From the NCBI GenBank assembly GCA_964016885.1, contig CAXHJY010000043.1, forward strand, positions 1 to 40,186: DNA of 40,186 bases, written 5' to 3'. Positions 12,239 through 23,632 of this stretch are shown here, in pieces. The notes under the pieces are model-generated. The model ran no database searches. It was given only the letters and a program-made list of their open reading frames with translations, and was not told where the DNA came from. How positions within the stretch are numbered: the first letter of the stretch is position 1; each line of letters begins with the position of its first letter. Origin of the DNA: Eledone cirrhosa (Eukaryota). Both the position numbers and the translations under genes were made by a program.

Positions 12239-13297
12239 ATACCTTCCTGCCAGATTGTTGAACGTATATACTTACCTTATGCATATTAACGGCTGAGTAG
12301 CCCAATATGCATATCGAGTGGGTTAATCGGCCGGGTGCACCGAAAACGATAAACGGAAAAAATGAAACGATATTTCATTTCCCACTCTTAGTACGGCTGT
12401 TACTTAAATATAAGTATGTACACGTACATACATATATGTATACCGACGTACAGTAGTATGTATATATATATATATACATACATGCACACATATATATATG
12501 CACGTATGGATTCACCGAACATTTATTATAATGCTCGGTGTGTTTGTAAACAAACATCCCGTATTAAGCCGTAGTGTCTAGCAACCACCGTTGCTCGTTT
12601 GTTCAACACTGACAAAGGAACGCTGTACTAGTTTCAAGCTTGTTAGCTATCATCAGCAACGTATACCTTCCTGCCAGATTGTTGAACGTATATACTTACC
12701 TTATGCATATTAACGGCTGAGTAGCCCAATATGCATATCGAGTGGGTTAATCGGCCGGGTGCACCGAAAACGATAAACGGAAAAAATGAAACGATATTTC
12801 ATTTCCCACTCTTAGTACGGCTGTTACTTAAATATAAGTATGTACACGTACATACATATATGTATACCGACGTACAGTAGTATGTATATATATATATATA
12901 CATACATGCACACATATATATATGCACGTATGGATTCACCGAACATTTATTATAATGCTCGGTGTGTTTGTAAACAAACATCCCGTATTAAGCCGTAGTG
13001 TCTAGCAACCACCGTTGCTCGTTTGTTCAACACTGACAAAGGAACGCTGTACTAGTTTCAAGCTTGTTAGCTATCATCAGCAACGTATACCTTCCTGCCA
13101 GATTGTTGAACGTATATACTTACCTTATGCATATTAACGGCTGAGTAGCCCAATATGCATATCGAGTGGGTTAATCGGCCGGGTTATCGTTTTCGGTGCA
13201 CCCGGCCGATTAACCCACTCGATATGCATATTGGGCTACTCAGCCGTTAATATGCATAAGGTAAGTATATACGTTCAACAATCTGGCAGGAAGGTAT

Positions 13298-13340
13298 ACG
13301 TTGCTGATGATAGCTAACAAGCTTGAAACTAGTACAGCGT
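13298..13340 (+). ncRNA. Minimal type I hammerhead ribozyme; identical copies at 13722, 14146, 14570, 14994 (+)
   Basis: ACGUUG-CUGAUGA-U AGCU aaca AGCU U-GAAA-C UA GUA^-CAGCGU. Stem I 6 bp, palindromic stem III ACUAGU, predicted cut after 13334. Confidence 0.8.
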
Positions 13341-15420
13341 TCCTTTGTCAGTGTTGAACAAACGAGCAACGGTGGTTGCTAGACACTACGGCTTAATACG
13401 GGATGTTTGTTTACAAACACACCGAGCATTATAATAAATGTTCGGTGAATCCATACGTGCATATATATATGTGTGCATGTATGTATATATATATATATAC
13501 ATACTACTGTACGTCGGTATACATATATGTATGTACGTGTACATACTTATATTTAAGTAACAGCCGTACTAAGAGTGGGAAATGAAATATCGTTTCATTT
13601 TTTCCGTTTATCGTTTTCGGTGCACCCGGCCGATTAACCCACTCGATATGCATATTGGGCTACTCAGCCGTTAATATGCATAAGGTAAGTATATACGTTC
13701 AACAATCTGGCAGGAAGGTATACGTTGCTGATGATAGCTAACAAGCTTGAAACTAGTACAGCGTTCCTTTGTCAGTGTTGAACAAACGAGCAACGGTGGT
13801 TGCTAGACACTACGGCTTAATACGGGATGTTTGTTTACAAACACACCGAGCATTATAATAAATGTTCGGTGAATCCATACGTGCATATATATATGTGTGC
13901 ATGTATGTATATATATATATATACATACTACTGTACGTCGGTATACATATATGTATGTACGTGTACATACTTATATTTAAGTAACAGCCGTACTAAGAGT
14001 GGGAAATGAAATATCGTTTCATTTTTTCCGTTTATCGTTTTCGGTGCACCCGGCCGATTAACCCACTCGATATGCATATTGGGCTACTCAGCCGTTAATA
14101 TGCATAAGGTAAGTATATACGTTCAACAATCTGGCAGGAAGGTATACGTTGCTGATGATAGCTAACAAGCTTGAAACTAGTACAGCGTTCCTTTGTCAGT
14201 GTTGAACAAACGAGCAACGGTGGTTGCTAGACACTACGGCTTAATACGGGATGTTTGTTTACAAACACACCGAGCATTATAATAAATGTTCGGTGAATCC
14301 ATACGTGCATATATATATGTGTGCATGTATGTATATATATATATATACATACTACTGTACGTCGGTATACATATATGTATGTACGTGTACATACTTATAT
14401 TTAAGTAACAGCCGTACTAAGAGTGGGAAATGAAATATCGTTTCATTTTTTCCGTTTATCGTTTTCGGTGCACCCGGCCGATTAACCCACTCGATATGCA
14501 TATTGGGCTACTCAGCCGTTAATATGCATAAGGTAAGTATATACGTTCAACAATCTGGCAGGAAGGTATACGTTGCTGATGATAGCTAACAAGCTTGAAA
14601 CTAGTACAGCGTTCCTTTGTCAGTGTTGAACAAACGAGCAACGGTGGTTGCTAGACACTACGGCTTAATACGGGATGTTTGTTTACAAACACACCGAGCA
14701 TTATAATAAATGTTCGGTGAATCCATACGTGCATATATATATGTGTGCATGTATGTATATATATATATATACATACTACTGTACGTCGGTATACATATAT
14801 GTATGTACGTGTACATACTTATATTTAAGTAACAGCCGTACTAAGAGTGGGAAATGAAATATCGTTTCATTTTTTCCGTTTATCGTTTTCGGTGCACCCG
14901 GCCGATTAACCCACTCGATATGCATATTGGGCTACTCAGCCGTTAATATGCATAAGGTAAGTATATACGTTCAACAATCTGGCAGGAAGGTATACGTTGC
15001 TGATGATAGCTAACAAGCTTGAAACTAGTACAGCGTTCCTTTGTCAGTGTTGAACAAACGAGCAACGGTGGTTGCTAGACACTACGGCTTAATACGGGAT
15101 GTTTGTTTACAAACACACCGAGCATTATAATAAATGTTCGGTGAATCCATACGTGCATATATATATGTGTGCATGTATGTATATATATATATATACATAC
15201 TACTGTACGTCGGTATACATATATGTATGTACGTGTACATACTTATATTTAAGTAACAGCCGTACTAAGAGTGGGAAATGAAATATCGTTTCATTTTTTC
15301 CGTTTAAATATATATATATATATATATATAATGGAAAAATTTGAACAGGGACAAAACAGAGAGGCAGTACAACGAATGTTTATTAATTTCACGCTCTGGA
15401 GAGTGGGGTGTTGGTGGGGG

Positions 15421-15452
15421 ACGACGTTTCGGGCATAAGCCCTTCCTCAGGT
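15421..15452 (-). ncRNA. Minimal type I hammerhead-like motif
   Basis: Minus strand: AC-CUGAGGA-A GGGC uuau GCCC-GAAA-C GUC^-GU, with AAUAAA ~40 nt downstream; stem I only 2 bp. Confidence 0.6.
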
Positions 15453-15799
15453 GAGAAGTGTGTGGGAACAGAGTTCAAAGGGTGTGTAGGGGAGTGGTGG
15501 AGAGACATATAGCGAAAGGAAACGGTGCGAATGAAAAAATAAAAAATAAAGATAAAAATAAAAATAAAGCATGATCAAAATACAAGGAATGAGATAAATT
15601 TAAAAATAAAGATATATATATATATAATAAATATATATATATATGTGTATATATATATAAATATATATATGTGTGTGTGTGTGTGTCAAAGGTAAACAGA
15701 AATACACATACACAGCAATCTTCGTTAATTTTATAATATATATTATTGAATAAAATGTCAGGAGACCGGACTGGCGAAATTCCTTAAAAGTTTTATTGT

Positions 15800-15870
15800 T
15801 GCAAACACTATATATATTTCAGTGACCAGGTTAAGTAGAATCTTGGCGACATCATCAGGTGTATATTGCA
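15800..15870 (-). ncRNA. Type I hammerhead-like motif with long stem II
   Basis: Minus strand: UGCAauauACAC-CUGAUGA-(31 nt imperfect stem II)-GAAA-UAUAU AUA^-GUGUuUGCA, followed by AAUAAA. Confidence 0.65.
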
Positions 15871-16052
15871 TAATAGTGACACACTAAAGGAATAATCTAA
15901 ACACAATCCGAAAGGTATATATGCGTGTGTGGGTGTGCGTGCGCGTGTGTGTGAGTGCATGTATGTATAAGTGTGTGTGTGTGTTTGTATAAATGCATAT
16001 ATGTCTTAATTGTAATTTGCGATTATTTTAATTAACATCGTTTAATTGGTAG

Positions 16053-16372
16053 ATTAACAACGCCGAGAAATATATGCCAGTGAGTATACTGTCCGGTAAA
16101 CTTCGTGTCTTCAAGAGTTCCAGTTCTTTGCAAGTCACTTCCGGCTGTGGCATCCAAGTCAGTTTCAACGGAGATGATTTAGCCGAGATCCAGGTACCGC
16201 AGAAGTATGGAGGACGCATGCGTGGTCTCTGTGGTGACTGTAATGGCATCAAGGATGACCTTCGTACCAAAGATGGTCTTGACGTCACACATACAAAGGA
16301 CAAGTACTCCCTGATTGGTCTGAGCTATATGGTCAAAGAAGAAGACTCTGACACTTCAGAAACTTCCAATCG
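16053..16372 (+). CDS. VWD domain 1, C-terminal exon (INNAEKYMP...RGLCGDCNG...SETSNR)
   Basis: GLCG motif; tag acceptor, CG|gtcagt donor; phase 0-2 matches neighbouring exons. Confidence 0.93.
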
Positions 16373-16639
16373 GTCAGTTTTCATAAAATTTGTCTTTTTC
16401 GTAGTTTCAGCAGCGTTTTTTTTTTTTTTAATTAATTTTTTTTTGTATTTTTGTATGTTTGTTTATTGGTTAATGTTTTTTCTTGTTTTATCTTGGGTGG
16501 GAGGAGAAGCATTGTAACGATCTGTATTTGATTGGTAAGGTTATTGTTTGTTGTAGGAGCAAAGTGAAAATATAAAAGAATAAAATAAAGGGTGATGTAA
16601 TGCTGTGTGTGTTTCCTTGAAACATATACATATACACCA

Positions 16640-17480
16640 GGTCCGAACACAAAAGAAACCCCCCCCCCACTACTGTCACTGGCTCCATCTCTCGCGCTCA
16701 CTCCATCTCTCATCTTTGTGAGCAAATAGGGGCCCACGCGCGCTGGCCGCCACGTGGCCCTGGCGGACAGAATAGAGAAGCCGTTTCCCCGGAGGATGGT
16801 GAAGGGAGACGCGGCTGGAAGAGCCATTGCAGCTCGCGAGACTCACACATGCGGGTAGCCAACTCTATGCCGATGGCAGTGAGCAGGGAGGTGGTCCTAG
16901 ATCCTAGGACACCAGAAGCCTCCACTGCCACGGACTCGACCGCAAACCTATCGGACTCTCAGACTCAGAAGCTCCCGCGTCTTGCGACGCATGAGGCAAT
17001 CACAGTGTTCCACCGCGTTCGGTCAGCAGCCAGTTGCACAGCGTCCCGCCATTGTCTGTTTGTCGCTCGCAGGTCCCTCTCAACTGTCTGGCGCCAGTTC
17101 ATTTTGGGTCGCCCTTTCCGTCTGCTTCCCTGTGGGTTCCATTTAAGTACTTGGTTCGCCAGACTCTCCGGGGGAAGTCTCAACGCGTGCCCAAACCAGC
17201 CCAGGCGTCGCTTGCAGATGGCAGAAGAGACTAGCTGCTGGTTGGTGCGGTTCCTGACTTCCTGGTTTCTTACATGGTCACTCCATTTAATCCCCAGGAT
17301 CTTTCGCAGACACCTGGAATCGAATGCGTCCAACTTCTTCTCTTGGCCGGTCTTAAGGTGCCATGTTTCACTTCCGTACAAAAGTGTGGACAGCACGTTG
17401 CTGTTGTAGAATCGGAGAGCGACCGATATTTGAAGAGCTTACCCTCCCCGGCCAGAGGTGCAGGAGAGTCTGGGTGTTGT
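16640..17480 (-). mobile_element. CRE-like non-LTR element 3' end (restriction-like endonuclease region), split by the RTE insertion
   Basis: KYRSLSD|RFAVESVAVEASGVLG…LQWLFQ…TILRGNGFSIL across a frameshift; aligns to the copy at 19915-20245. Confidence 0.75.
16956..17410 (-). mobile_element. 5'-truncated RTE-clade LINE, intact C-terminal ORF
   Basis: LLYGSETW…CLRKILGIKWSD…RRLGWFGH…GRPKMNW; short TGAG(TC) repeat tail; 6-bp TSD atcgga at 16950 and 17411. Confidence 0.93.
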
Positions 17481-17483
17481 AGC

Positions 17484-17640
17484 CATTGTTGTCGCTGTTG
17501 TTGTTGTTGTTGGTGGCGGTGGTACTGTTTACTGTTTCCACTGTTGGCACTGTTGTCGCTGTTGTTGTTGTTGTTGGTGGCGGTGGTACTGTTTACTGTT
17601 TCCACTGTTGGCACTGTTGTTGTTGTTGTTGTTGTTTTGC

Positions 17641-17703
<63 letters not shown>

Positions 17704-17790
17704 AGTTGTTCTTGTTATTGTTGCTGTCGTTTCCACAGGTGTCGCTACTGTTGTTTTTCTCACGGTTGTTGTTGTTGTTGTTGTTGTTTA
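17484..17790. repeat. (GTT)n/(GCT)n tract with a 63-bp duplication
   Basis: Direct reading. Confidence 0.9.
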
Positions 17791-17912
17791 CAATGAACAC
17801 TGTAATGTGATCCGAGATCTTTATAGTTTTTAGAAAGCGGGATTTCCTTTGAACCTTCTTATGTATTAATTCACAGTACGGTTGTATTGTCATGTTGTTA
17901 CATGTACACACA

Positions 17913-17951
<39 letters not shown>

Positions 17952-18029
17952 ACAGATACACACACACACACATACATATACATATATATATACACACATA
18001 CATACACACATACACACATACACACAGAT

Positions 18030-18092
<63 letters not shown>

Positions 18093-18400
18093 TATATACA
18101 CACATACATACACACATAGATATATATATATATACATACACACATATATATACACGCACTCACACAAACACACACACACACATATATATATATACACATA
18201 TATATATATACACACATACATACACACACACATATATATATACACACATATATATACACGCACTCACACAAACACACACACACATATACGCACAGATACA
18301 CACACACACACATATATATATATACACATATATATATATACACACATACATACACACAGATATATATATATATATACATACATATATATATACACGCACT

Positions 18401-18434
<34 letters not shown>

Positions 18435-19483
18435 CACACATACATACAAACAGATACACACACACACACACATATATATACACACATATATATATACACA
18501 CATACATACACACATAGATATATATATACATACACACATATATATACACGCACTCACAGAAACACACACACCAATACATATATATACAGAGAGAGAGAGA
18601 GAAAGAGAAACACACACCCACATACACGCATATATACACACACTCACACACATGCATGTATATATACATACACATATTTATGTGCACACACTCACACACA
18701 TACATGTATATATACATACACATATATTTATGTGCATATATGTGTGTGTGTGCATTTGTGTATTCTTTTGTATTCTTTTGGAGGCAAACTTGATTTCCAC
18801 TTTCTCTCTCTCTCTCTCTTTCTCTCTCCCTCTCTCTCCCCCTCTCTCTCTCTTCCACTTCCTCTCTCTCTTTATCTATCTATATAATACATCTAACACA
18901 GGTCTAACATACACGTGTCTGTGAAATTCACAGTCATTTGTATGTTAATTTCACGGTTAAACTGTTCAATTTTTTTAACAACTGATACACTCATCGAGAG
19001 AAACGATGGAAGCTCAACATATGCACGTGTCTGTGAAATTCCCAACCACTTACTGTGTCACGCTGAATTCCTGAGAAATACGTAAAGGGTAGGTACACGT
19101 GTCTGTAGAATGCTATATGGGCAGGAATGGTTCATTTCAGTCCAACAAATGGAACATTCATCGCTAACAGCGACGGAGATCCTACAGAAACACACAAACT
19201 CGTGTCTTCGGAATACTCGACCAATTGTACGTTAATTATACGAGCAAGCTGTCTCTTTTTTTTTTTTTTCGAATAACTGGAACACTCATCTTCGATAACG
19301 ACGGAGATGCAATACTGGGAAATAGGGTAGAAGGAAAAGTCAGGTGTTTTGCTATAAAATAAGTCTTTGTTCAATTGTTTTTTTCTGTTTTGTTTTGTGT
19401 TTTTCTTTACCTTGAAATTCTGGCTTAGGATTGATAGGTAACATTCCTTATGTCATTGTTGCAAGCTGGTTGTTACTATGTAC

Positions 19484-19843
19484 AGCAACGACAACTGCTA
19501 CGGTAAGGACGATGGTAACATTGTAAGAACAATGGTAACAAAGCAACGACAACTGCTACGGTAAGGACGATGGTAACATTGTAAGAACAATGGTAACAAA
19601 GCAACGACAACTGCTACGGTAAGGACGATGGTAACATTGTAAGAACAATGGTAACAAAGCAACGACAACTGCTACGGTAAGGACGATGGTAACATTGTAA
19701 GAACAATGGTAACAAAGCAACGACAACTGCTACGGTAAGGACGATGGTAACATTGTAAGAACAATGGTAACAAAGCAACGACAACTGCTACGGTAAGGAC
19801 GATGGTAACATTGTAAGAACAATGGTAACAAAGCAACGACAAC
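19484..19843. repeat. 58-bp minisatellite, 6 identical copies plus a partial
   Basis: gcaacgacaactgctacggtaagg at 19485, 19543, 19601, 19659, 19717, 19775. Confidence 0.97.
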
Positions 19844-19914
19844 AACAATAGCCGCAACCTGGTGCAGTCTGCGACTAACCCAGGTTCTGCACATCCGGCT
19901 GCACTTCCGGTTGC

Positions 19915-20245
19915 ACACTCTCCAAGTACCGCTCGCTCTCCGACAGGTTTGCGGTCGTGCCCTTAGCAGTGGAGACTTCTGGTGTCCTTGGCCCCAGGGC
20001 TACCTCGCTACTCACCACCATAGGCGCTGAGCTGGCCAACCGCAGGTGTGAGCCTCGTGAGATGGAATGGCTCTACCAGCGCATCTCCCTTACCATCCTC
20101 CGGGGAAACGCCTTCTCCATTCTGTCCGCCGGGGGGGGGGCAGCATGTGGGACCCCATTTGCTCATTATACAGAGAGATGGAGGCGATGACGATGGGAGT
20201 TCGGCTCCAGTGTTCGGACACATTGCACCTGTCATGTGGGTCATG
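19915..20245 (+). mobile_element. CRE-like non-LTR element 3' end
   Basis: KYRSLSDRFAVVPLAVETSGVLG…WLYQRISLTILRGNAFSIL, the RLE C-terminal signature (PxAVETxG, QRIS..I.RGNA). Confidence 0.8.
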
Positions 20246-20699
20246 TGATAATGACAATGACAACAAGAACGACAACAATAACAGTAAAGACAATGATAAC
20301 AGCAACTATGACGACAACAATAACAACAACAGCAACAGTACATGTGGCAATAAGGGTAATGAAAACGACAATAATATCCTCCCTTAGAGTTGGAATATGT
20401 ACACATTGATCTCACCTGTCTTTCTCGCCTGTTTATGTCTAAACTGTATAATTAATGGTCCTTCTATGGTCACAGCCCTTTTTCACCTGTCTGGGAGCAA
20501 GCTGTGTCATCAATTGTTATTCTATGGGCATATCCTTTCTCACCTGCCTGGGAGTAAGGTATGTAATCAATTGTCTCTTTACTGTCACAGACACAGCCCT
20601 ACTCCACATCTCACCTGTCTTCTGGAAGTAAGATTTGTAATTAATGGTAAATCTATGGTCGTCAACACTGGTCCGCTGTGCGAAAAACACACTGTTCAT

Positions 20700-21030
20700 C
20701 AGCTAGCTTGGACAATCTCCCTGCATCTCATTGCCAGACATTTAGCATAGACTTTACTGAGGAGGCTTACAAAGAGATCCCTCTGTAATTGGAACAATTT
20801 CTCTTGTCTCCCTTTTTGAAAATTAGAATTAGCATTCCCAATTGTCATTGCTTAAGTGCCTTTCCAGAGATCCAGGCCACCCGGCACACACGAATCAGCC
20901 AAAGATTACCTTCTCTATTGAAGGCTTTTAACTTCTCTGGTCGGATTTCATCTTCCCCAACGACCTTGCCACATTTGAGCTCTTTAACTGCTCTTGTGAC
21001 CTCGTGTATATCCTAAGATGCTGTTGTGAT
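20700..21030 (-). mobile_element. RTE-clade (Expander/Rex3-like) reverse transcriptase fragment, decayed
   Basis: Minus frame EVTRAVKELKCGKVVGEDEIRPE…IFKKGDKRNCSNYRGISL with stops and a frameshift. Confidence 0.85.
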
Positions 21031-21237
21031 CGGGTTTCGGAGATTAGCAAAGTATTCTCTCCACTTTGCGAGGAAGCACCAAGACGCGTTCTTTATAGCA
21101 GGTGTGGAGGAGGGCTCCTTATTACGAAGTCGACGCATGGTCTGCTAGAATACTTTATTTGATGATCATATATATATTAACTTTATACGCCCAGTGCTTT
21201 CTAAAAGTCAGAGAGGTCAACTTCATATATACGATGT

Positions 21238-21280
<43 letters not shown>

Positions 21281-21287
<7 letters not shown>

Positions 21288-21936
21288 ACTAGAAATTGAT
21301 TAACATATAAATAAACATGAATAATCACAGGAGATAATTTTTACAAGTGTGTAACCACACATAGCTAGGTAGGTAACTAAATAAAGTTGACCAGAACTTC
21401 AAAAATAGATACCTTATAATATGATTAATCTTCCCTGTATATATTCCATTAAAGAAATATATTTCACCAATTAATCGGATGGTAAACCACGGAAGTGAAG
21501 ACTTGGATTTTCAACAAGGAAGAAGTTCCAGCGATCCGTGTTTACACTTCAAGTTCAAATCAGTGACTGACCAGCACCACGTGTTATATTTACTAGAAAT
21601 ACACACATCATACTAGCATCGTTCCAGTGGCGTGAATAGGGTTATCGACAGTTGTGATTTGAACTTGAAGTGTAAACACGGATCGCTGGAACTTCTTCCT
21701 TGTTGAAAATCCAAGTCTCCACTTCTGTGGTTTACCATCCGATTAATTGGTGAAATATATTTCTTTAATGGAATATATACAGGGAAGATTAATCATATTA
21801 TAAGGTATCTATTTTTGAAGTTCTGGTCAACTTTATTTAGTTACCTACCTAGTTATGTGTGGTTACACACTTGTAAAAATTATCTCCTGTGATTATTCAT
21901 GTTTATTTATATGTTAATCAATTTCTAGTTATTATA
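21281..21936. repeat. Inverted repeat, 282-bp arms, 92-bp spacer
   Basis: 21281-21562 is the reverse complement of 21655-21936 with three mismatches seen; abuts (TA)n. Confidence 0.95.
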
Positions 21937-22059
21937 AAATGCTCGGACCTACTCGTTAGAATCTTAGAGCTTATTTTGCGGGTGATATGGCGCATGTCTT
22001 TCTGGCATGACACCCATAATTTTGATTTAGATTAAATTCATTTGATTTATCTTAATTTT

Positions 22060-22132
<73 letters not shown>

Positions 22133-22153
22133 TTAATTATGTAATAAACAACA

Positions 22154-22222
22154 AAATATAATTATTCCATTATCCAAGGTCGTCTGACTCCGTGAAACCT
22201 TGGGTAATGGAATAATTATATT
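22154..22222. repeat. Short hairpin, ~26-bp arms, near (TA)n
   Basis: aatataattattccattatccaaggt / accttgggtaatggaataattatatt. Confidence 0.85.
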
Positions 22223-22303
22223 GTTCTTCATTACATAATTAAATAGCTCTGTACTCTACATAGAACACTCTTCTTTCCTTCACCTTTTCCACGGAAATAC
22301 TTA

Positions 22304-22335
<32 letters not shown>

Positions 22336-22341
22336 GGCATT

Positions 22342-22419
<78 letters not shown>

Positions 22420-23146
22420 AATGCCATGTGTTACACCCTCCAGTTTTCCGATGATTTGATCAGAGACACACACTGTATTTAAGGTCGAGAGACGCAATTT
22501 CGAGTGGTTAACGGCCTTTAGACTCACCTGTTCAATGAAACAATTATTAATACTGTAAATAAAACCCTTTTTGTACAGCTGACCATGTTATTCTTCACTA
22601 TATATATATTATATGTGGTTAGAGAATTGGATTCCTAATCGTGAGGTTGTGAGTTCGATTCCCGGACCGGGCGATGCGTTATGTCCTTGAGCAAGACACT
22701 TTATCTCACGTTGCTCCTTCTACCTGGAGTTGCGACCGATAGAGAGTACTGGCAATTGGAAAGACCAACTGAAACATTGTTTCCTCGGTCCGATTTGACG
22801 AAAGTCGATCGACTGTCTATATATATATATAACGGAAACTCCTATGTTTTACCGGCGAAGATTCGAAACCGAATCTGAGCTTTCCCTAAACATTGTAAAC
22901 AACACAATCCTGGCATTATTCTTTTCAAGGGCCGTAACTCTATGCGCCATGCTTTGACGCATAGAGTTACGACCCTTGCCATTCTGAGTTCAAATCCCGC
23001 CGAGGTTCACTTTGCCTTTCATCCTTACGGGTCGATAAAATAAAGTACCAGTAATACACTGGGCAATTGCTGGCCTTGTGCCAAAAGTAGAAACAATTAT
23101 TCTTTTCATGAAACTACCATACAAAGAATACAACTTATCCGTTACA

Positions 23147-23232
<86 letters not shown>

Positions 23233-23238
<6 letters not shown>

Positions 23239-23632
23239 ATTAAATAAATGGAAAACTATATTTATAAAACCATATTTATTTCATTATATATATTTCGGGG
23301 ATATCATATTAACAATATGCTATGCCTTCATCAGACAAAATACAATATAAACAGTTTTATAGATAAATATATTCGACATACCGTAATAAACATCAACTTC
23401 ATTTGGAGAGGTTTACGCTAGCAGTGACTGCTAGCAGTGACTGCTAGCGTAAACCTCTCCAAATGAAGTTGATGTTTATTACGGTATGTCGAATATATTT
23501 ATCTATAAAACTGTTTATATTGTATTTTGTCTGATGAAGGCATAGCATATTGTTAATATGATATCCCCGAAATATATATAATGAAATAAATATGGTTTTA
23601 TAAATATAGTTTTCCATTTATTTAATATTGTA
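23233..23632. repeat. 400-bp near-perfect palindrome with no spacer
   Basis: Symmetry axis 23432/23433 inside a tandem 13-mer GCTAGCAGTGACT; arms mirror each other. Confidence 0.95.
23523..23588 (+). ncRNA. Type I hammerhead ribozyme (mirror copy 23277-23342 on minus strand)
   Basis: UAUUUUGU-CUGAUGA-AGG..CAUAUU guu AAUAUG..CCC-GAAA-UAUAU AUA^-AUGAAAUA; 8-bp stem I. Confidence 0.75.

Larger units (their letters stand above)
11981..15305. mobile_element. Retrozyme-like/Penelope-associated array of 424-bp units: ~2.8 inverted units then 5 direct units, one HHR per unit
   Basis: Identical 60-aa pseudo-ORFs recur every 424 bp; orientation flips at ~13184; (TA)n on both flanks; HHR core in each unit. 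Confidence 0.85.

Noticed and set aside
11981-15305. CRISPR array or tandem gene cluster (repeated 60-aa MFVYKHTEHY ORF)
   Set aside because: Units are wholly identical with no unique spacers, the context is eukaryotic, and the ORF starts at a non-ATG-context position in low-complexity sequence with no domain; better explained as a non-coding ribozyme repeat.
18975-19010. ctgatacactcatcgagagaaac HHR look-alike
   Set aside because: Core reads CUGAUAC rather than CUGANGA; stems not supported.
19484-19843. CRISPR-like or coding repeat
   Set aside because: Identical 58-bp units, not a multiple of 3, no spacers.
20756-20800. CTGAGGA core
   Set aside because: Lies in the antisense of an RTE RT fragment with no GAAA or stems.
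22480-22535. Minus-strand GAGT…ACTC-GAAA…GTC HHR look-alike
   Set aside because: Lacks CUGA (reads CAGGUGA); at most a decayed relic.
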